Shown here: one piece after another, positions 53,931 through 64,000 of the stretch
How the letters are laid out: each line of letters starts with the position of its first letter
How positions within the stretch are numbered: position 1 is the stretch's first letter
Assembly (NCBI RefSeq): GCF_006345805.1
Contig: NC_042999.1
Span: 16,864,001 to 16,928,000 of the forward strand
DNA length: 64,000 bases
From: Octopus sinensis
Taxonomy: Eukaryota
Reading direction: 5' to 3'
The notes under the pieces: generated by a model
What the model saw: the letters and a program-made list of their open reading frames with translations, nothing else
Told to the model about the DNA's origin: nothing
The model's database searches: none
Position numbers and translations under genes: made by a program

Positions 53931-54854
53931 TATATATATATAGATAGATAGATAGATAGATATAGATATATATATATAGATGTAGATATATATATACGTA
54001 CATTATATATATATATATAGATATAGATATATATCCATACTATATAATACAGCTATATATATATATATGTGTATATATATATATACATAAATATATGTTT
54101 CAATATGTGTATATATACATATATATCTGATTCAGTATGTGTGTGTGTATACACACACAACACACCACACATATATATATATATATATACACATACATAT
54201 ATATGTATATATACAGGTATATATATATACATATATATAATTATATATATATTTGTATATATATATAAATGTGAAATCATATATACTTTCACACACACAC
54301 ACGCACACACATATGCATATGTTATATGTTATATATGTATATATGTATACGTATGCACACACGTACATGGATGTGGAAAGTTATGTGAAAATTACTCAAT
54401 GCTATTACGTAGAGTGGGACAATGTATATTTGCCATCTGCAAATAAATATTGAAGTTTACAACTTATTCTATCTTCTCTTTCGCTGAACTGTCATGTTTC
54501 TATCACATGAACAAAATGTCTGTCTATATATGAGCTTTGGCACTTGCAATATCCATTCACCCGTCTGTCCGTTTCACTTTCAATCATTCTGTTATCTCCC
54601 TGGACACTTCCTCTAAATTTGTTTTCCGGTGGGGGATTGGGATTGTGTGCCTGCTTGTGCGCTTGGGCGTATGTAAAAAGTTTCAATTTATATATACTAT
54701 TGCGCAAATATATTCTGAAGTGCCGCTCTGTCTGTGTGTCAAAAGGTGTGTTTCCGGTTGCATGGCACTACGGGCCTGTGACATTCTATTATAAAACACG
54801 GGTCGACTAAAGCCTTGTGGGTGGATGGTTTTGGCGAAAACTGTGAGAAGCATG

Positions 54855-55378
<524 letters not shown>

Positions 55379-55684
55379 TTATCTCTCTCTCTCTCACTCT
55401 GTAAATATTCTTATGTGTGTATGTTTGTGTGTTTTTGTATTTGTACTTATATATATATATATATATATATATGTGTAAACTCCGTCTGACAACCGGTGCA
55501 GGTTTGTTGACATCCCCATAGCATAGCTGTTAAGCAAAAAAGTATCTATAAAATTAGTACCAGGCTTAAAAAATAGTACTGATTTTGATTTGTTCGACTA
55601 AGACCCTCGAATCAGTGTACCAGCATAGCCGCAGTTAATGACAGAATAATCAAGTAAAAGAAGGTGTGTGTATGTATGTATCAG

Positions 55685-55890
55685 TCGCCATGATAGATCG
55701 TTAGCCAATACACACATTTTTTTCTTCCCCTGTTTCTCTCCTTGTTATTTCTGTGTCCCTTTCTGTAGAAGAGCGTAGGCTCGAAACGTAAAAGACCTGT
55801 TCTATTCCTGAGCGTTATACTAATACATCTGCTTGTTTTGTACACCACCTGTCTTCATCTTTTGTTTTTTTTCGTAAACTTTTCCTATAT
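55685..55890 (+). mobile_element. Family H1 element; hammerhead at 55759-55794
   Basis: CTTT-CTGTAGA-A-GAGC-GTAG-GCTC-GAAA-CG-TA-AAAG. Confidence 0.8.
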
Positions 55891-56065
55891 ACTCACTAGG
55901 ATGCCTGGAGAACTCATATGTGTTTTGGCTGATGAGTACGGGACACTTGTATTTGCTGCAATATTTGCAGCTTTTAATAAAGCTTGTCTTCGTATGAAAC
56001 AATTGTACTGAAACACTAATCCATTCTTGTGGCTTTTTTCTCGTACACACACACACACACACACA

Positions 56066-56116
<51 letters not shown>

Positions 56117-56434
56117 TAGATATATTTGCTATTATACAAAAGTGTCGTAAGTCCAAACGTGGCTTTTTCAAGTAAACGTAAAAACAGTTACACCACTCCA
56201 TAAGAAAATCTTTGTACTACATTTTGCTACTTTTTGAAATATTGGCATCTGAAGCAGTCGGAGATAGGATAGTTTGACCAAAAGAACCGACAGTTGCAAG
56301 CAAAAATAACATTGAAAAAAAAAACGCATTTGGCCAAATTTAGATATACGATAGTTTAACATGATAGCAACAAATACACCTACGTATTTTCAAATATACA
56401 TATACTACACACACACACCACAAACAGATATATA

Positions 56435-56492
<58 letters not shown>

Positions 56493-56493
<1 letters not shown>

Positions 56494-56690
56494 GTTGAAA
56501 TTCACAGAAAAACAAATGACGAAGACAGGTATATGAACATCAAGCAGGTGTATTAGTTGAGGCTCAGGAATGTGAGAAAGTCTTTTACGTTTCGAGTCTA
56601 TGCTCTTCAACAGAAAGGAACATGAGGAAATAAACAGAGAGAGAATAAAAAAAAACTTGTGGATTTTGCGATCAATCATGATGACTGGTT
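56493..56690 (-). mobile_element. Family H1 element; hammerhead at 56582-56617
   Basis: Minus: CTTT-CTGTTGA-A-GAGC-ATAG-ACTC-GAAA-CG-TA-AAAG; 3' end joins (TA)n at 56492. Confidence 0.8.
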
Positions 56691-56727
56691 GTGTAAAAAT
56701 AGTTTCACAGGAGAGCTAGGAAGATAC

Positions 56728-56759
<32 letters not shown>

Positions 56760-56901
56760 ACTGTTCTACATCCGGCCAATGTAAATATTGTAAATAATAT
56801 ATATATATTTATATGTGTATATATATGCATATGTATATATATATATGTATGTGCATATATCTATATATCTGTGTGTATCTATCTATACATATCTATATGT
56901 A

Positions 56902-56972
<71 letters not shown>

Positions 56973-58639
56973 ACATTCAAACACATACACACATATACAT
57001 TTACACACACAAAGTTACTAAGTTGCATATATTGTGAGTTATGTTTCACTTTTATAGACGTTTTACTACTGTGTTGCTGAAAGGGTCAGCACCAATGGAA
57101 TTAACAGCGTAAGTAATAGGAAATGTTTCAGCTGGTGATCGATATTATACGTTTAGAGTCGGTTTGGTAGGATTTAAACAATTGGTCTGTAATGTTCGCC
57201 ATAATACAGCTATTGACAATGCGAATATATAAATTGTAGAGATATTACATTCGTCTCTCCATCAAATAGTCGATATGGACTATGCTAGCTCAAAATGGCG
57301 AAACAAAGATAGCTTGTTGTTGAATAAGAGCACTGCTATTTATTCATATACCTTGATGTTTGACATAAGGTACTATTATGAACATTAATACATAAAGTCT
57401 GGGATGTTAGAATCGGTAGAGCGTCAGGAAAAGTGCTGTGTGGTAATTGAGGACTTCTACGTTTTACGTATAAACCACATCGGGCGCATCTTTGCTTACT
57501 CAAATTCTGCGCTCGATGTACCAAACAGTGTGACCGTGAAGTACTTTGAAGGTCGAAATAAACGACTGAAGCCCCCTACAATCTCTTGTGGACATGCTAT
57601 AATTTAACATTACCATTGGTAAGAGAAACTGAAGGGCAGCGAGCTGGAAAAATCGTCAGCGCGCCGGACGAAATATTTTAGAGTATTTCTTCCGACTCTG
57701 TACATTTTGAGTTCAAATCATTTTTGTGTCGATTACATAAAATGCCAGTACAATGCTGCCCTTGATGAAATTAACTTTTTTCTCCACTTCAAAACCTGTT
57801 GGCTTTGAACTCAGCCACGGATCCTCATCGGGTTCAAGCGTTTGTTGAGACTGTGGTCACTTATCAGTCATGAGAACCGGGCAACGGGCCTTATAAACCT
57901 TAGGATTCAAGAAATTTTTTAAAGATATAGACTTAATTCTAATTGCCAGAACGTTAGGTCAACAGCCACCTTAAAAAAAAAAAAGACAGATTTTTGAACA
58001 TCGACAAAGACGATGAGCTGAAAAAGATCCTTTTTCTAAGTTTCTTTGTATTTTCGTTGATCCTTGTCAATATCAACATATCACAAGCCGAGAGAGAAGA
58101 CAAGGATATTTCAAGTCCGTTGCATTCAACAGAAACATTTATTAAATATGCGACGTTGTGTGGAATTTATGCCTTCATAATATACATTATTAAAATATAG
58201 AAGAATAAAAATAGGCCTGAAAGAAAATAGATTGATAACGTGCAGGTGAAGAGTATTTTCACAGTTATAAAATAATATATCATTATCACGCAGAGCTGAA
58301 ATTTGTTATTGTAATCTGTTAACTAACGGAATATATCAGTCAAGAAAAAAAAAAACCGATAACATAGTTACAGGAGACGAAAAAAAAATCTGTTTATTGT
58401 TAGAAGAAAAACAACATATTGAAAATAGATTATGCACAAGTCTGGTTGCGTATAGCGAAAAGCATGTTTATGTGGTAAAAAGGATGGCTCGCAAACACGC
58501 AATTTCAGGTTCAATCCGATACATGACTCTGGGCAAATGTTTTCCACTATAATGTCGGACTGGTCAAAGCCATGTGAGTGAATTGTGCAGAGCCGTTCAT
58601 ATATATATATTTATATATATATATATATATATATAAAAA

Positions 58640-59000
58640 TTGACCGTCTTTTGTTTCAAGACGAAAGGTGTTCTATCAGGATAATACTCGGCCACACACA
58701 GCGAGGGTGACATACCAAAGGCTGGAGCAGTTTGAATGGGAAACGATGCCCCACCCATGATTTTCACCAGACATTGCACTATCTATATTTCTGCAGTCTT
58801 AAAATTCATTTGGACGGAAAAAATATGAATTCTGTAGACGCGACTAGGACAGTAATGGAGGAGTGCTTTTCTTCAGGGACAAGTGAATTTTGGAAGAGGG
58901 TACTTGCAAGTCTACCAGATGGATGGAAGAGTATTGTAGAAAATGAAAGAGAGTATATTTCAGATAGAAAAAGAAATTATCTCAATTTTGAAAAATAGTA
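58640..59000 (+). mobile_element. Degenerate mariner transposase C-terminal fragment
   Basis: PHP..SPDIA-like stretch, then SLKIHLDGK...EFWKRVLASLPDGWKSIVENEREY. Confidence 0.7.
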
Positions 59001-59068
59001 AAAGTATATATAGTAGAAATATGTTACGAAAAGAAAATATAAAATACACGTGGAAATTTATATATATA

Positions 59069-59380
59069 TATAATTTAGGGTATCTAAGAGATACCACCAG
59101 ACTGGAAATAGCAGCCAAAAGTTGACTCTAAAACAACATTAAATATTCATACAGCACCAAAGTTTATTTTGCTAGTTAATGGTGTCTTTTTGTCTTCTGT
59201 CCTAGTGCTGTGTGAACATTTAATGAGGTTTTAGAGTCACGTTTTGACTGCTACTTCCAGTGTGGTGGTATCACTTAGACATATAAATTATAATTTAAAT
59301 AATAATTATTAGCTTTGAAGGTTTTTATTTCCATGCTGGCCACCTGATAAGATCAGTATTTAAATGACGATATCTTATCC
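59069..59380. mobile_element. Fold-back element in (TA)n
   Basis: ~88-bp imperfect arms 59069-59157 / 59205-59292 plus right-side extension to ~59380. Confidence 0.75.
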
Positions 59381-59405
59381 TATATATATATATATATATA
59401 TATAT

Positions 59406-59731
59406 ATGGCTCAGTGGTTAGAGCGTCGAGCTTACGATCGTGAGGTTGTGAGCTCGAATCCCGGACCGGGCTGCGTGTTGTGTTCTCGAGCAAGGCACTT
59501 TATTTCACGTTGCTCCAGTTCACTCAGCTGTAGAAATGAGTTGCGACGTCACTGGTGCCAAGCTGTATCGACCTTTGTCTTTCCCTTGGATAACACTGGT
59601 GGCGTGGAGAGGGGAGGCTGGTATGCATGGGCGACTGCTGGCCTTCCATAAACAACCTTGCCCGGACTTGTATCTAGGAAGGTAACTTTCTAGGTGCAAT
59701 CCCATGGTCATTCATGACCGAAGGGGGTCTT
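59406..59731 (+). mobile_element. tRNA-derived SINE (family B variant)
   Basis: TGGCTCAGTGGTTAGAGCG A box and GAGCTCGAATCCC B-box-like; body and tail match 26268-26585. Confidence 0.85.
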
Positions 59732-59814
59732 TATTTTTATTATATATATATACATATAAGTGTGTGTGTATGTATATATATGTGCACATATACATATATT
59801 TGTACATATATGTA

Positions 59815-59855
<41 letters not shown>

Positions 59856-61155
59856 TTACCACTATAGAATGCAATGGACTCATAGTTGAGTGACCAAGTT
59901 CCGATGAAGCTATATAGTTTTAATTAGGTACTCAGGTATAAGACCACAAAATCCTACACCAGAAACAGCTGTAAGTTCACATGATAATAATTTATTCCGC
60001 TTGACATCTGCTTTTCTTAAATATATATATATAATATGTGTGAGTGTGTGCGTGTGTTTTGCAAAATAGACCGATAGAATAAGCTGTAAACGTTAAAAAT
60101 AGAACTAGAGCAACTTGTTCGACGAAATCACTTCACGGCAGTGCCCCGCATGACCTCAGCCCAATGACAGAAAAACGTGAAAGACAAAAGATATACCACA
60201 TACGCGCAGTCATACGTATTCATGTGAATATGCGAATGGATATCTCCATATAATTATGTGTGGCTGTATGCCTCTGAGATTTTTTCAACCCGTTTCCATA
60301 ACATATGAACATTCATGAGCCGTACACTCTAGACAAAACTACAAAACTGTAATCTGATAAACCACAGCGCAGTTCACAAATAATCATCTCCCATTAGCTT
60401 TTAGTCGCAAAGTGTTAAATAGGAAGTACTTTCCAGATTATTTATGGCGACAAAGATTTAGTTGAAACAAAAGATGAGTATCGTTTTGATGGCGGGTGTA
60501 AAAAAAGATTAGTTACAAAAATAATATATATATATATATATCGCTCATAAACAAAATCGATATCTCACAATAATCGTTTTAGGACAAAAGACACCAATTT
60601 TGCTAAAAAATTGTTTCTCGTTTTACAATCGTGACACGAACTTGCTCTCATTTACAATCACGCCCATGCAAGTAGCTATATGCAAGGACATGCATATAAA
60701 TATATACATAATATATATGTATGTATATATATACATATATATATGTATATATATATACATACATATACATATATATATATATATCAAATATACATGTGCT
60801 TATCTATACATTTTAGATGTATGCCTATATGTGTATATATAACGATATATATATATATGCATACATATGTATATATGCATATATATGTGTGTATGCATGC
60901 TAAACCCATGTATATATAGGGCGTATGTTTTTGTTGTATACATAGTTCTCATTATATGCGTATCTATTCAAATGCAAAAGGGGAAGAGATGAAGACATGT
61001 TTAAATGCGAATGAAAAAATTAAGAAAGCGATGCAAAGAATAAGACCAAAATAAAAAGAGCATTTAGTAATAAAAAAAACGAGATAAGAAATCGGCGTAT
61101 TGTTTTCTTAATTGGGAGATGTATGTAGTATATGATTCACCGTATCTATACATAT

Positions 61156-61199
<44 letters not shown>

Positions 61200-62051
61200 T
61201 ATTTCTATCTATCTTTCAGTTTATCTTTTCTCAAACATTCCTGCTTCCACACGCGCACACAGTACATATATACATGTAAACATAAAATAAAAAATCACTA
61301 TTCGCACTCTCCAGTCTTGCATTTCTTACCATTCATCCTAATGACACCAATATTCTTGGATTTATATATTCTCATTCAAGTCTGAATATCTTTTCCTTTG
61401 TCTGTTATTATATGGTGTTAATAATTTCTGTTTTGTTCTATTTAAATTTTATTATGTCTGTTTGATCACGTGTGTATTTATTGATCTATCTACATATACG
61501 TACGTCTCCAGTCCTGACGACTTTGCTGTCTGTCTATACATATGCGCATATCAGATATATGCTTAATTCTGTGTGATGGAGTGTGCTTCCTCACCACTCT
61601 TTGTGTAAGTGTCATTGTTGTATGGTTGAGTGTTTGTATGTTTGTACTTTGTTTTGCAAGTAAACTTTGATGTATATCAATCAGTAAGCGTAAATACATG
61701 TATGTCTTTCTATGTGTGACCGTGTGCGTATTTCTCAACTATTATGTGTCTTTTTTGTATTTGAATAAGTGTATCGGAATATGTGTGTTTGAATATGCAT
61801 TTTACTATCCGTCTTAGTGCGCCTGTATCTGTACTTAAATACCTGATTTTGACTATGTACAGATCCTCTTACGTATACGATGTCTGTGTGTTCGCATGAG
61901 GGTGATTTATGGATGACATTTACATATACATCTCTCTGTCCCTCGCTATGTAATATCCCTCCATATAAATATATATGTATGTATATATGCTATCTCACAC
62001 ATACACATGTTTCTATTTGTACATATAGATATGTAGATATACATACATAAA

Positions 62052-62143
<92 letters not shown>

Positions 62144-62164
62144 ATCTATCTATCTATCTGTCTG

Positions 62165-62220
<56 letters not shown>

Positions 62221-62221
62221 C

Positions 62222-62265
<44 letters not shown>
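62052..62265. repeat. (TCTA)n microsatellite
   Basis: Direct reading. Confidence 0.95.
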
Positions 62266-62346
62266 ATTTATATATATGTTTATATATGGGTTTATATATG
62301 TTCATATGCATATGTATAGGTGTGTGTGTTAATAGACACTAATGCG

Positions 62347-62379
<33 letters not shown>

Positions 62380-62451
62380 CACATATAGAGAGGGATAGCT
62401 GCTATGTCTCTCATATATTTATATTTATACATATAGATATATAGATATATA

Positions 62452-62516
<65 letters not shown>

Positions 62517-62988
62517 TATTTATATATCAATTTATATATATTCTTATATGCACGCATATGTATATGTGTGTATGTGTCTGTGTATCAACACACACACATA
62601 ACCTTGTTAACAATGAAAGTTGTTTAAGACATATTCGGATCCGTAATAAAGACATTCATTATATTTTCTCATTGCGAAAAAAATAAAAATTCGCTGTTGA
62701 CAACACTGTGTAAACCCACTTTGTCAGTTCGAAGCGCCCTCCTTCCAGATCGACAGCTGCATGAATCTCGAAGGAGTTATCTTCTCTTAAGCATGAAAGA
62801 TAAGTCCTTCGAAATACGCGCATCCATCTCGGTCTGGGTAAACGGCAGACGATCTAAACTGACTTTGAGTGTTCTCCTCTGTCTGCCACACAAAAAAGTT
62901 TCTACAGTGAGTGTCCTTCCTGCAATAATGTTCCGAACACGTCTCAAACATATTTGAACTGGAAACAAGTGTTTATTTATATAATGAA

Positions 62989-63485
62989 CTAGCAGTATCG
63001 CCCGGCGTTGCTCGGGTTTGTAAGGGAAATAACTATATAAGCATTTTTAGAGAGTTTCGGTCTTTCTTAGCCATTTCTGTTTTGGTGTCTTCAAGCCATG
63101 AAGTCGTTGTTCTAAAAGAACGCTGGTCTCCTTCACAACGCTTTACGACTTGATTTCCTTACACTCCCTTCCCCACAGCTTCACGAGGGAGGGAAGAAGG
63201 GGGAGAAGCAAACACAGGTGCAGGTGTTTGAGCGTGGACGCCAACTCCGCCGTCATCGACACACGAAAAATTATGCATTAAAATGGAATAAAAAATGATG
63301 TTAAATTATTTTTAAAATCGTAGACTCATCGTAGACGCGCGCTAATGGCCAGACGGGCTCGATATTAATCACGACTATAAGATACCCGAATTTGGTTAAA
63401 CTGCACCGCAAAATGTGGGAGGAGTTAGGAATTTAAATCGTAGGAGACAGACACTCACACAACTACAGTTTTATATATATATAGA
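62989..63485 (-). mobile_element. Non-autonomous Helitron
   Basis: Minus: A|TCTATATATATATAAAACTG...CCCGAGCAACGCCGGG hairpin...CGATACTGCTAG|T. Confidence 0.85.
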
Positions 63486-63854
63486 TATCCTAGCTTAACA
63501 CGTCCAATCCAAATTTTACTAGAAACAGTCAGATCGACACAGCACTGAAAGTAGTTTTATTGGGAACTAATAAGGGACATATGGTAACGCAGTCTTTTTC
63601 AGTGTCTCCCTATTTTCCGTGTTCGATGTTGAACAGAAGATAAACACTTCAAACTGTATATATCCACCTATCTATACATCTGCTTGTATATATTCAATAG
63701 CGCATTATGCGTCCCATACATGTTGCACATGTTTCTCAATACATGTGATACTTCCTGCATATTTTTTCTTCATTTTTGTTATCGATATTTTTCATATTTT
63801 GGTAGCTAAATCTTATTGTATGATCGTAATTGCAAATTATTTTGTCTGTGTATG

Positions 63855-64000
<146 letters not shown>

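Noticed and set aside
57994-58200. 68-aa ORF with two hydrophobic stretches
   Set aside because: Non-ATG start, AT-rich composition, no splice or homology support.

Overview
AT-rich, repeat-dominated animal genomic DNA (intronic or intergenic), very dense in (TA)n, (TCTA)n, (TAA)n, (CAT)n and (CTT)n microsatellites. The mix of tRNA-derived SINEs, LINEs and microsatellites suggests a coleoid cephalopod (Octopus-like); this is an inference. No intact host protein-coding gene can be identified. Almost all listed ORFs are microsatellite artefacts or retroelement/transposon fragments: CR1, Tx1/L1, RTE, R4/Dong-type RLE, a Penelope-like relic, mariner and Helitron. A few splice-flanked unique islands may be exons of a large minus-strand gene (best candidate 3506-3742). 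The most notable signals are: (i) about 9-10 minimal type I hammerhead-ribozyme motifs, mostly oriented toward an adjacent (TA)n tract; (ii) a TSD-flanked composite element with a tRNA-like Pol III head, a hammerhead and an inverted tail; (iii) several unrelated fold-back elements with long palindromes and a one-sided extension, embedded in microsatellites; (iv) a tRNA-SINE that recurs as head-plus-tandem ~180-bp multimers with a fixed junction, at least twice inside a single TSD. Items (i)-(iii) point to a set of non-autonomous Penelope-like, ribozyme-bearing retroelements. All coordinates and alignments were read by eye and no database searches were run.
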